64,000 nt of DNA from Gemmatimonadales bacterium (GTDB lineage Bacteria > Gemmatimonadota > Gemmatimonadetes > Gemmatimonadales > GWC2-71-9): NCBI GenBank assembly GCA_036262935.1, contig DATAHW010000025.1:17094-81093 (forward strand), given 5' to 3'. The position numbers and the translations under genes were made by a program. This document shows positions 1-7,181 of the stretch, one piece after another (position 1 is the first letter of the stretch; each line of letters begins with the position of its first letter). A model generated the notes under the pieces. That model was not told the DNA's origin and ran no database searches. It worked only from the letters and a program-made list of their open reading frames with translations.

Positions 1-105
1 GCCGAACCCGACCCAGGCGAAGAACACGATGAACCCGACGACAAGCCAGCTCGAGCGGCGCCGGTTGGCCTCCTGCTGCGCGAAGAGGTTGGCGTCCCCG
101 CTCAC
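1..105 (-). CDS. M48/HtpX-like metalloprotease, N-terminal fragment (gene runs off the window)
   Basis: The minus strand from GTG at 105 reads VSGDANLFAQQEANRRRSSWLVVGFIVFFAWVGFG. This is a basic stretch plus a TM helix, typical of HtpX-type peptidases that commonly follow lemA. The GTG overlaps the lemA stop (GTGA). Only 35 codons are visible. Confidence 0.45.
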   Translation of the reverse strand, partial: MSGDANLFAQQEANRRRSSWLVVGFIVFFAWVGFG

Positions 106-677
106 GGGGCCGGTTTGTCGGCCGACAGGTCGACCACCGGCACCTCACGCTCCGCGCCGTCGGTGATCTGCCATAACTCTGCGGGCGCCGCCTTTGCCAT
201 GCCGGACACCAGCATCGTGGGGAAGGTCGCCTGCCGGATGTTGTACTGCGTCGCGACGTCGTTGTAGAGCTGCCGAGCGAATCCGATCTTGTTCTCCGTG
301 CTCGTCAGCTCCTCCTGCAGTTGTGCCACGTTCCCCGTCGCCTTGAGGTCGGGGTACGCCTCGGCCAGCGCGAACAGGCGGCCGAGGGCCTGAGTCAGCT
401 CGCCTTCGGCTTGCGCCGTCTGCCGGACGCCGGTGGCGCTGACCGCCTTGTTGCGGGCACTGATTACCGCTTCGAGTGTTCCACGCTCGAAGTCCATGGC
501 GCCTTTCACCGTGTTGACCAAGTTGGGAATCAGGTCGTGGCGGCGCTTGAGCTGGACGTCGATCTGCTTCCAGGCGTTGGCGACCTGGTTCTTGAGCCCG
601 ATCAGTCCGTTATAGGCGCCGATGATCCAGAGAGCCACGGCAGCGAGGAGCACCAGCAGGATGAGCGCGGCGGCCAT
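102..677 (-). CDS. lemA: LemA family protein
   Basis: 191-aa ORF with an N-terminal TM helix. NGLIGLKNQVANAWKQIDVQLKRRHDLIPNLVNTVKG and ENKIGFARQLYNDVATQYN match the LemA family signature. Confidence 0.9.
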   Translation of the reverse strand: MAAALILLVLLAAVALWIIGAYNGLIGLKNQVANAWKQIDVQLKRRHDLIPNLVNTVKGAMDFERGTLEAVISARNKAVSATGVRQTAQAEGELTQALGRLFALAEAYPDLKATGNVAQLQEELTSTENKIGFARQLYNDVATQYNIRQATFPTMLVSGMAKAAPAELWQITDGAEREVPVVDLSADKPAP

Positions 678-701
678 GGGCGGTCCTTGCGGCGAGAGGG
701 G

Positions 702-1340
702 TTATGGCGCCACCAGTCCGGCGAGGGCCTGGCGGAAGACCTCCGTGATGGCGGCAATATCGCCGTTGAGCCGGAGGACGGGGTGCCGCTCGTCGACCAG
801 CACTTCGATGCCCGGCCCGAGGGGAATGCGGCGGCAGGACGAGGCCGCGCCGGCCGCGCCTTCGACCGGAGCCAGCCAGCCGAGCACCGCCCGGCCCACG
901 CGGCCGCGCCCGGTGCCGGGCGCCTGCAGCAGCGCCAGCCGGTCGGGCCGCGGCAGCGCCGGCCCGAGCACCCCGGCCACGCGGCGCTCGATGAGGTCTC
1001 CCGTGAGCCCGGCGAACTCACGGGTCATCGTTTCGAGAGTCGCGCCCTCCATCTGGCGCAGCTTGATGGCCAGGACCTGGAGCAGATGGCGATACGAGTA
1101 CACCGCGGCGGTACCGCGGCCGTCCGGCGGACTCACGAGCCCCCGGGCGACATAGAATCGGATGGTGCGCTCACTGGGGCGGGCGCGCGCCGCCGCGTTC
1201 ACCGGCACAACCCCGGACGCGTCGAGCACGCCGGCCGACAACGCCGCCAGATCGCGGAGCCCCCAGGGCGCAAGCGCGCTGTACTCGCGCAACGTGGCGA
1301 GCGGATCCGGCGGCGCGGCGACCGACAGCCCGGCGGTCAT
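702..1340 (-). CDS. MerR-like HTH regulator
   Basis: RTIRFYVARGLVSPPDGRGTAAVYSYRHLLQVLAIKLRQMEGATLETM resembles the MerR HTH/wing plus the start of the coiled coil. The start overlaps the stop of the upstream REC gene (1337-1340). Confidence 0.55.
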   Translation of the reverse strand: MTAGLSVAAPPDPLATLREYSALAPWGLRDLAALSAGVLDASGVVPVNAAARARPSERTIRFYVARGLVSPPDGRGTAAVYSYRHLLQVLAIKLRQMEGATLETMTREFAGLTGDLIERRVAGVLGPALPRPDRLALLQAPGTGRGRVGRAVLGWLAPVEGAAGAASSCRRIPLGPGIEVLVDERHPVLRLNGDIAAITEVFRQALAGLVAP

Positions 1341-1738
1341 GCCGGCCCGTTTCCGGCGCGCCGCTCGGCGGGTCCCTCCAGTACCTCGAGGACGGTGCGC
1401 CGGAGCACGTCGAGAGTGAACGGCTTGAGCAGCAGGGGACAGCGCAGCAGTTCGGCCGGCCAGTGCTCCGTCTCCGGGAAGCTGTCCCCGGTCATGAGGA
1501 TGATCCGGTGGGCGAGCCGGGGCCAGCGGCGGGTGAGCGCGAGGAAGAAGGTGTCGCCGGACATCTGCGGCAGATGCAGATCAAGGAGCACGAGATCGAC
1601 GTCGGTTTCGTCCAGCACCTGATAGGCCAGGTGCGCGTCCCCGGCGGTGACCACCTCGCACCCGACTCCGCGCAGCGCGCGGTCCAGCGCGCGCCGCAGC
1701 GCGGGCTCGTCGTCGACGATCAGCACTCGCGAGGTCAC
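1337..1738 (-). CDS. Stand-alone response-regulator receiver (CheY-like)
   Basis: 133 aa. VLIVDDEPALRRAL ... DLVLLDLHLPQMSG ... IILMTGD are canonical receiver motifs. There is no output domain. 4-nt overlaps on both sides. Confidence 0.85.
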   Translation of the reverse strand: MTSRVLIVDDEPALRRALDRALRGVGCEVVTAGDAHLAYQVLDETDVDLVLLDLHLPQMSGDTFFLALTRRWPRLAHRIILMTGDSFPETEHWPAELLRCPLLLKPFTLDVLRRTVLEVLEGPAERRAGNGPA

Positions 1739-2559
1739 GACGCGGCGGCCCGGCTGAGCGGCCGGAGGTAGCGATCGGTGACCGCCGCCAGGGCGTCATC
1801 GGTCGTGAGTGACACCCGCAGCTCACCCGCCGTACACCCGAAGGCAGCCCGGAGGTGCATCTGCAACGTCTTGGTCTTGCTGTAGCCGAGCTTGATGGCC
1901 ACGTCCTCCACGGTATACCCCGGGTCGAGCAGCAGCCGATGGGCGTAGAGCAGGCGGGCCAGCACCATCACCACGCGCGGCGAGGGGAGGCCCACCTTGG
2001 TGAACCAGCGTTCGCAGGTCCGGCGCGTCAGCCGAGCCCGCTCGGCCAGCGCCGTGACCGTCGGCCCGTCGCCGGTCGCGTGCAGCATCTGCTCGAGCGC
2101 CAGCCGCAGGGAGGCGGGCAGCTCGTGGAGCAGCGGACCTAACCCCAGCAGCACCTGTTGCGAGGCGCTCTGCTCCAGCTCGGCCAGCAGCGCGGTGCGC
2201 AGGGCGCCGGGCGTATCCTCGAAACGGTGCACCACCACCCGGCGAATTCCCGTGCGGCCGAGCTCCAGCAAGGCGCCCGCCGTGGCGGGGGCCAGCTCGG
2301 TGTACACCAGGAGCGGGAGCGAGGGGAAGAACTGCCGCAGCCGCCCGATGCCATGCGTCCGAGGGACGGTCCCGCCCAGCAACGGGTCGACGACCGCCAT
2401 CTGCACCGGCTTGGCGCGGATGGCCTCCACCGCCTCCGGCCACGTGCCCACGGCCTCCCAGACGAACCGGTCGGGATCGAGGGAGCGCAGCCTGAAAAGG
2501 CGCTCGGTGGGCACGGCGGCAAGAAGCAAATGTCGCAAAACGGCCCCTATTTGTCGCAA
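1735..2559 (-). CDS. AraC/XylS-family regulator with N-terminal receiver-like domain
   Basis: The C-terminus (RTCERWFTKVGLPSPRVVMVLARLLYAHRLLLDPGYTVEDVAIKLGYSKTKTLQMHLRAAFGCTAGELR) is an AraC-type double HTH. The N-terminus has a receiver-like VQMAVVDPLL. The 5' end is uncertain: TTG at 2559 lies inside the repeat element, and GTG at 2514 is a plausible start. Confidence 0.7.
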   Translation of the reverse strand: MRQIGAVLRHLLLAAVPTERLFRLRSLDPDRFVWEAVGTWPEAVEAIRAKPVQMAVVDPLLGGTVPRTHGIGRLRQFFPSLPLLVYTELAPATAGALLELGRTGIRRVVVHRFEDTPGALRTALLAELEQSASQQVLLGLGPLLHELPASLRLALEQMLHATGDGPTVTALAERARLTRRTCERWFTKVGLPSPRVVMVLARLLYAHRLLLDPGYTVEDVAIKLGYSKTKTLQMHLRAAFGCTAGELRVSLTTDDALAAVTDRYLRPLSRAAAS

Positions 2560-2561
2560 AA
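2531..2561. promoter_or_regulatory. Direct repeat TGTCGCAAAA x2, 21-bp phasing (candidate AraC-type operator)
   Basis: Identical 10-mers at 2531-2540 and 2552-2561. They sit in an AT-richer stretch between the AraC-like gene and the + strand mini-ORF. Confidence 0.35.
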
Positions 2562-2641
2562 AGGGCCTAAACGGGCCCGCGTTTTCACCCCAGATTGGCC
2601 CTACCCCTCACGCTCGCCCGTCAGACCGAAAGGAACCGACC

Positions 2642-2785
2642 ATGTCTCGCACGACCACCAGGTGGATCCTGCTCGCCTCGCTGACCATCGCCGGCATCAC
2701 CTCCGCCGCGTGCACGCGGAATGACGCCATGGGGCCGTCGGACCAGACCGCGCCTGCGTTCGAGAACCAGGGCTCCAATAACTAG
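2642..2785 (+). CDS. 47-aa exported mini-protein (signal peptide, Cys24)
   Basis: GAAAGGA lies 7 nt before the ATG. The product is MSRTTTRWILLASLTIAGITSAAC-TRNDAMGPSDQTAPAFENQGSNN: charged n-region, hydrophobic core, small residues, then Cys. It is hidden in the tail of track ORF 1997..2785. Confidence 0.4.
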   Translation: MSRTTTRWILLASLTIAGITSAACTRNDAMGPSDQTAPAFENQGSNN

Positions 2786-4086
2786 GTTGCCGAACCGGCG
2801 TACTCGCGGAGCCCGACTGCTACTTCCCGGACTGCCGGCAGCGCTTCCAGCCCCGGCTCCGATATAGTCTCGGGCTCCGGAGCCTCGCAGCCCGCCAGGT
2901 TCGCGAGCACCTTCTCGAGCCGGAAATACCAGGCATTGAGTTGGTGGGCCTCGGCGAGCTCCACGGCCGCCTGGAGCAACTGCCGCCCGCGGCCGAGCTG
3001 CCCGAACCGCGCCAGTCCCACGCCGGCCTTGTAGTGCAGGTCCACCAGCATGCTGGGGGGCATGCGGTCCCGCATGCGCTCTGCCTCGACGCGCCGGCGC
3101 TCGAACGCGATCCGGTTGCGGACGCTCGACTCGAGCTCCATCAACTCGAGCAGGGCATTGGTGTGCACCAGGAAGCTGGTTCGCGCGAGCACCACGATCT
3201 CGAACGCCACGCGCGCGGCGTCGATCGCGCCGATCTCCTTGAGGCCGATGCCGAGATCGCCCAGCACCCGCATGCGCTGCAGCTCGTCCTCGGTCAGCAG
3301 AAACGCCCGGTAGTTGGCCTGGAGCGCTTCGACCCGGCACCCCTCCAGCGCGTGGACGGCCCCGAGGTCGGTCAGGGCCATGGCCTGCACATCGCGCAAC
3401 CCGGCGGCGGCGGCGGCCTCGATGACCGACCCGGCCGTGGCCCGCGCCAGCGGGAGGTTGCCCTGTCCGCGCAGCACGGCGCTTCTGCCCAGTTGAGCGC
3501 GGAGCGCCAGCGCGCGATCGGCGGCTCCGGTGGCCGCCGCTTCCGCCGCCAGATAGCAGGAGGTAGCCTCCGTCCATCGGGCAAGCAGGCGGTTGAGCCG
3601 CCCGGCGAACAGCGCCGAGGCGGCGAAGTCCGTCACGGGGACGTCGCCGCCGTGGCTGCGTACCGCGAGGGCGAGCACCTCGAGCGCCTCTTCGAGCCGA
3701 CCCTCGTGCTCGAGGAAGTAGGCATAGGCCATCAGACTCAGGCGCAAGCCCGCGAACGGCTGCACCCCCACGATGATGGCGTCCGTGATGCCGTGCAGAT
3801 GCGCGCTCTCGGGCAGGTCGGTGGGCAGTTCGCGCAAATGGCGGCGCACGGCATCGAGTTGCCAGAGAAGGCCCTCCTGGGCCTCGGCGTCGTTTCCCTT
3901 GACGAGCAGCCGGTCCACCAGCCGCGAAACCAGATACGCGCCCAGCGCCAGCCGCGCTGAGACGTCTCGCTCGCGCTGGTGCTCCGCCCGCGCGCGTTCC
4001 AGAAACGGAGCGTGCGCCAGTACGTCCGCCGACGGCTCGGCCTCACCGAAAAGCTGCTGCGGCGTGAACAGGGCGCGTCCTTCCAT
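2782..4086 (-). CDS. TPR-like helical-repeat protein
   Basis: 434 aa from MEGRALFTPQQLFGE. The sequence is alpha-helical, Ala/Leu-rich and repeat-like throughout. The 746-aa track ORF extends upstream across the divergent pseudopilin gene and is not credible there. Confidence 0.6.
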   Translation of the reverse strand: MEGRALFTPQQLFGEAEPSADVLAHAPFLERARAEHQRERDVSARLALGAYLVSRLVDRLLVKGNDAEAQEGLLWQLDAVRRHLRELPTDLPESAHLHGITDAIIVGVQPFAGLRLSLMAYAYFLEHEGRLEEALEVLALAVRSHGGDVPVTDFAASALFAGRLNRLLARWTEATSCYLAAEAAATGAADRALALRAQLGRSAVLRGQGNLPLARATAGSVIEAAAAAGLRDVQAMALTDLGAVHALEGCRVEALQANYRAFLLTEDELQRMRVLGDLGIGLKEIGAIDAARVAFEIVVLARTSFLVHTNALLELMELESSVRNRIAFERRRVEAERMRDRMPPSMLVDLHYKAGVGLARFGQLGRGRQLLQAAVELAEAHQLNAWYFRLEKVLANLAGCEAPEPETISEPGLEALPAVREVAVGLREYAGSAT

Positions 4087-4144
4087 CAGAAGGTTGGGGT
4101 ACAGAGCTAGTATCGCGACCGGGCGCCCCCCAGGCAAGGGGACG

Positions 4145-4173
4145 CAATTTCCGGCAGCCGCTAGCGGAAATTG
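4145..4173. promoter_or_regulatory. Perfect 9-bp inverted repeat CAATTTCCG-N11-CGGAAATTG
   Basis: Lies in the 126-nt divergent intergenic region between the TPR-like gene and the pseudopilin gene. Confidence 0.35.
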
Positions 4174-4212
4174 GGTCCCGATCGGGCGGGTGAACGGAGG
4201 TACCGTGCACCC

Positions 4213-4635
4213 ATGCAACGCGGCACCACCCTCCTCGAGCTCGCCCTCGTCCTCGCCATCATGGGGCTGCTTTTCGGCATCGCCCTCCCCCGCGCCAGCC
4301 GCCTGGCAGATAGTCTGGCCGTGGACCGCGCCGCGCACGAGATCGTCGCGGCCCACCGTCGTGCGCGAATCGCCGCCGTGCTTCGAAGCCAGGTCGTCGA
4401 GCTCACCGTGAATGCCACTGACCTCGCCATTCGGCCCCGGGGGGCCGCCGAGTTCTGGCATGCTCCGGGCCCGGCCGCCAGCCAGGTGGTGCTTGCCGGC
4501 CCCGAGCGGCGCATCACCTTCTCGCCCGTGGGGCTGAGCATGGGGCTGAGCAACGCGTCGTTCCAGTTGAGCCGCGGCGCGGTGGTGCGCACGGTCGTCG
4601 TCTCCCGACTCGGCCGCGTGCGGATCGTGCCGTGA
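4213..4635 (+). CDS. GspH/FimT-type pseudopilin (prepilin N-terminal cleavage/methylation motif)
   Basis: MQRG|TTLLELALVLAIMGLLFGIALP has Gly at -1, Glu at +5 and a hydrophobic helix. The size (140 aa) is typical of minor pseudopilins. Confidence 0.75.
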   Translation: MQRGTTLLELALVLAIMGLLFGIALPRASRLADSLAVDRAAHEIVAAHRRARIAAVLRSQVVELTVNATDLAIRPRGAAEFWHAPGPAASQVVLAGPERRITFSPVGLSMGLSNASFQLSRGAVVRTVVVSRLGRVRIVP

Positions 4636-4652
4636 GCGCGCGGCCCGCGTGC

Positions 4653-5594
4653 TCAGGCCGCCGGGGCGAAGGTCAGGTCGACGTGCACCTCGATGTGCTC
4701 GTCCATCTTGAGCGCTCCGAGCAGCTTCGACAACCCGCCGATCCGATAATCCTTGAGATTCAGTGGAAAATCGGTCCGCACCCGGAGCGCTCCTCCCTCG
4801 GCGCGCACGTAGCCGGGAAGCGCGACGTCGCGGCTTACTCCGTGAATCGTGAGGGCGCCTTCGAGCATGACAGGCACGCTGTCGGAAGTGCCCGCCCCGG
4901 TCCTCACGCCGCGCAGATCGAATCGCAAATTGGGATACTTGTCCGGCTCCATCGATTTCGCGAGGTCCCGGTCGCGGCGGCCGTTCCCCGTCACCAGCGT
5001 CCGCACGGGAGCCTCGACCCACCCCCGCACCCCGGCCAGGTCGCTGGCGCCGGTCATCTCGCCGGATACCGTGCTGGTGCGTCCGATGAAGTCACCCGGG
5101 GTGCCGTGGCCGTCAAATGACAGCGTGCCGGACTTGACTCGCCCTGGCGGCACCGCTGTCTCCTGAGCCCTCGAGGCGGTCGGCTGCGCGAGCAGCACCA
5201 GTGCAACGGCCACCACGCGCGCGGCAGCCAGCCCGTACTTGCGCACCTTGTGAAGCAGTGTCGAGCGGGAGATCCCGAGCACCAGCGCCGCCTGGCGCTT
5301 GTTGCCGCCGGTATGGCGGAGCGCCAGCGCAATGTGCCGCCGCTCGGCTGCGTCCAGCGTGCCTGGTGCCGCCGCTTCGGCCGGGACCAGCGCCTCGCGG
5401 AGCCGCGCCGGGTCCAGCTCCGGCAGCCCGAGGTCGAGAACCAGCGCGTCGAACCCCGGCTGGCCGATCGCGGCCGCGGCAGCCCAGGGGTCCGGCGCCG
5501 CCACTGCATGGTGGCCGGCGGCGCGCAGCACTCCGATGAGTGCGTCGCGACGTACGGGGTCGCGCTCGAGCACGAGCAGGTGCATCGGGACCAT
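4653..5594 (-). CDS. Half-receiver + Fis-type HTH fused in frame to a signal-peptide-like segment + YceI-like domain
   Basis: aa 4-70 are receiver-like (LLVLERDP, DALVLDLGLPELD) but lack the beta4/beta5 half. aa 79-121 (GGNKRQAALVLGISRSTLLHKVRKYGL) are an NtrC/Fis-type HTH. aa 122-143 (LAAARVVAVALVLLAQPTASRA) look like a Sec signal peptide. The rest (NGRRDRDLAKSMEPDKYPNLRF ... LTIHGVSRDV ... IEVHVDLTF) is YceI-like. There is no stop codon between the parts. Confidence 0.65.
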   Translation of the reverse strand: MVPMHLLVLERDPVRRDALIGVLRAAGHHAVAAPDPWAAAAAIGQPGFDALVLDLGLPELDPARLREALVPAEAAAPGTLDAAERRHIALALRHTGGNKRQAALVLGISRSTLLHKVRKYGLAAARVVAVALVLLAQPTASRAQETAVPPGRVKSGTLSFDGHGTPGDFIGRTSTVSGEMTGASDLAGVRGWVEAPVRTLVTGNGRRDRDLAKSMEPDKYPNLRFDLRGVRTGAGTSDSVPVMLEGALTIHGVSRDVALPGYVRAEGGALRVRTDFPLNLKDYRIGGLSKLLGALKMDEHIEVHVDLTFAPAA

Positions 5595-5609
5595 GGCTCC
5601 AAGCTACAG

Positions 5610-5672
5610 CCGAGTTCCGGCGGGAGACAGACGGCCCTATCTTCTGGCCAATTCCAACACCCGAGTTCCGGC
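5610..5672. promoter_or_regulatory. Direct repeat CCGAGTTCCGGC x2 (15/16 match over ACA[G/C]CCGAGTTCCGGC)
   Basis: Copies at 5610-5621 and 5661-5672 in the 78-nt divergent intergenic region. The second copy abuts the ATG of the YhaM-like gene. Confidence 0.4.
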
Positions 5673-6674
5673 ATGCCACCACCCGACCTGAAGCAGTTGG
5701 CCCTCGGCGATCGCGTGCAGGATTCGCTGCTCGTGCTCGAGATCGATCAGCGCGAGTCGGCCCGCGGCGGCTTCACCACGCTCACGCTCGGCAATTGTCA
5801 CGGCCAGCTCGTTACCGCGCCGTTCTGGGCGGAGGATCAGCCGCGCATCGCGGGAGTCGCGCGGGGCGATGTCGCCCAGGTCATCGGTGAGGTCGGGCAG
5901 TACAATGGACGGCGCCAACTCAAGGTCAGTTCAATCCGGGTGCTGCCGCGCGGCACGATCGACTGGCGCCAGCTCCTCCCCTCGGTGGGCGAGGTGGCCC
6001 CCTACTGGGACACCCTCGACCGCTGGCGTGGCGAAGTCCAGCGGCCCCGCCTCCGGCGCCTGCTCGACCTGTTCTATGCCGATGACGATTTCCGCCGACG
6101 CTATGAAGCGTGTCCGGCGAGCACCGTGGGGCACCACGCGGAGCTCGGCGGCCTGCTAAAGCACACCTGCGAAGTCGCGGCCATCGGGCGCGCCATCGGC
6201 AAGGTCTGTCGCGCCGACGCCGAGCTCGTCCTTGCCGGGGCGCTGCTGCATGACATCGGCAAGTTGGAGTCCTACCGATGGGAAGGAGCCTTTGAGGTGA
6301 CCGAGTGCGGCGCGCTGCTCGGCCACGTCGCCCTTGGCCTTCTCATGCTCGACCGCCGTGTCGGCCGGGAGGATCCCGCGCCGTGTACCGACCGCGAGCT
6401 CACCATCCTGCACCATCTCATCGCATCTCACCACGGCAAGCCGGAATTCGGCGCCGCGGTACCGCCGATGACGCTCGAGGCCGAGGTGCTCCACTTCGCG
6501 GACAACGCCAGCGCCAAGACAGCCAGCATGGCCGCCGCGCTCGCCGATCCCGATAACTTTACCGGAGAGGCGCTGGTGAGCGCTCGGACGCTGTGGCAAC
6601 TTGATCGCCGGCGCGCGTACCGGGGTGGCAGCGATTGGGGGGCGAACGAAGCGGGAACGAACAACGGAAGGTAG
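5673..6674 (+). CDS. OB-fold + HD-domain phosphohydrolase (YhaM-like 3'-5' exoribonuclease family)
   Basis: 333 aa. The N-terminus is OB-like (FTTLTLGNCHGQLVTAPFW ... RQLKVSSIRVL). HD motifs are present: HHAELGGLLKHT, LLHDIGK, HLIASHHG. Confidence 0.8.
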   Translation: MPPPDLKQLALGDRVQDSLLVLEIDQRESARGGFTTLTLGNCHGQLVTAPFWAEDQPRIAGVARGDVAQVIGEVGQYNGRRQLKVSSIRVLPRGTIDWRQLLPSVGEVAPYWDTLDRWRGEVQRPRLRRLLDLFYADDDFRRRYEACPASTVGHHAELGGLLKHTCEVAAIGRAIGKVCRADAELVLAGALLHDIGKLESYRWEGAFEVTECGALLGHVALGLLMLDRRVGREDPAPCTDRELTILHHLIASHHGKPEFGAAVPPMTLEAEVLHFADNASAKTASMAAALADPDNFTGEALVSARTLWQLDRRRAYRGGSDWGANEAGTNNGR

Positions 6675-6716
6675 AAAAACGGAACGGCCGCCTAGTCGTG
6701 GCTAAGCGGCCGTCCC
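6675..6716 (-). terminator. Intrinsic terminator (minus-strand orientation)
   Basis: GGAACGGCCGC (6681-6691) pairs with GCGGCCGTCCC (6706-6716). On the minus strand the hairpin is followed by GTTTTTCT (complement of 6675-6680). Confidence 0.5.
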
Positions 6717-7114
6717 ACGCATGGATTATCCCGAGGTCGGGGCATTGCTGCCGCCGTTCTTCTTCCACCTGCCACCGGTTGGCTGATTCGCCGCTCGGGA
6801 GGGCGCGGTGGAGCCTTGGCTTTGATCCCCAGATGGGATGGCCATCTCACCTGGTTCGTCCATTCGAGCGCTGCGAGTCAGATCGGGTCGCGGACCGACC
6901 GTTCGCACTGCACTCCGAGGCGCCAGATCGGAGCGGGTGAAGCACGCGACTGGCTTCACCTGTTGGAGCCGGGGTGATCACCAGGATCGACGAAGGCCTG
7001 AGCCCTTGGTTGCGTCGGCCTTCTCCCCTGATATCCCGCTCGAACCCGCTCTGCCGGCCGTCACTGAGGCTCGGGGCCCCAGCACGCATCCCACGGAGCG
7101 CGTAGAACAAAGAT
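6717..7114. ncRNA. Unassigned ORF-poor, lower-GC island bracketed by terminator hairpins; candidate structured RNA or small-gene locus
   Basis: No credible ORF. Track ORFs here are Arg/Ser/Pro-rich and mutually overlapping. Several perfect local hairpins occur, e.g. GGTGAAGC/GCTTCACC and AGATGG/CCATCT. I could not assign a family or a strand. Confidence 0.25.
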
Positions 7115-7152
7115 AGGCACCTGCGAGTAAGTCGCAAGTGCCTGATTTTATT
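7115..7152 (+). terminator. Intrinsic terminator-like hairpin (T-tract on + strand; weaker U-rich tail on the minus strand)
   Basis: AGGCACCTGCGA (7115-7126) pairs with TCGCAAGTGCCT (7132-7143) with one mismatch, followed by GATTTTATT. The minus-strand side reads TATCTTTGTTCT. Confidence 0.5.
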
Positions 7153-7181
7153 CGGGTTACGCTGTCTCAGCCTGCTCGGGA

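Noticed and set aside
2782-2785. Convergent genes sharing a palindromic CTAG so that both stop codons overlap. The same occurs at 12653-12656.
   Set aside because: It is a curiosity of tight packing (TAG on both strands) and there is no evidence of function. It is noted only because it supports both gene ends.
4087-5022. N-terminal extension of the 746-aa ORF 2782..5022.
   Set aside because: The upstream part is low-complexity and Arg-rich, and it overlaps both the pseudopilin gene and the YceI-domain gene. The helical-repeat protein starts convincingly at ATG 4086.
6808-7080. tmRNA (ssrA) on the minus strand. GGGGCCC (complement of about 7071-7078) and ...AAGGCTCCACCg (complement of about 6816-6827) could form a G1-C, G2-C, G3-U acceptor stem with an ACC tail. 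GGGTTCGAGCGGG also recalls the tmRNA 5' motif.
   Set aside because: There is no T-arm next to the 3' strand (no GGTTCGAnTCC-type stem-loop; GGGGATCAAAGCC does not pair). The two ends are only about 255 nt apart. No tag ORF ends in a ...LAA-type sequence followed by a stop codon.
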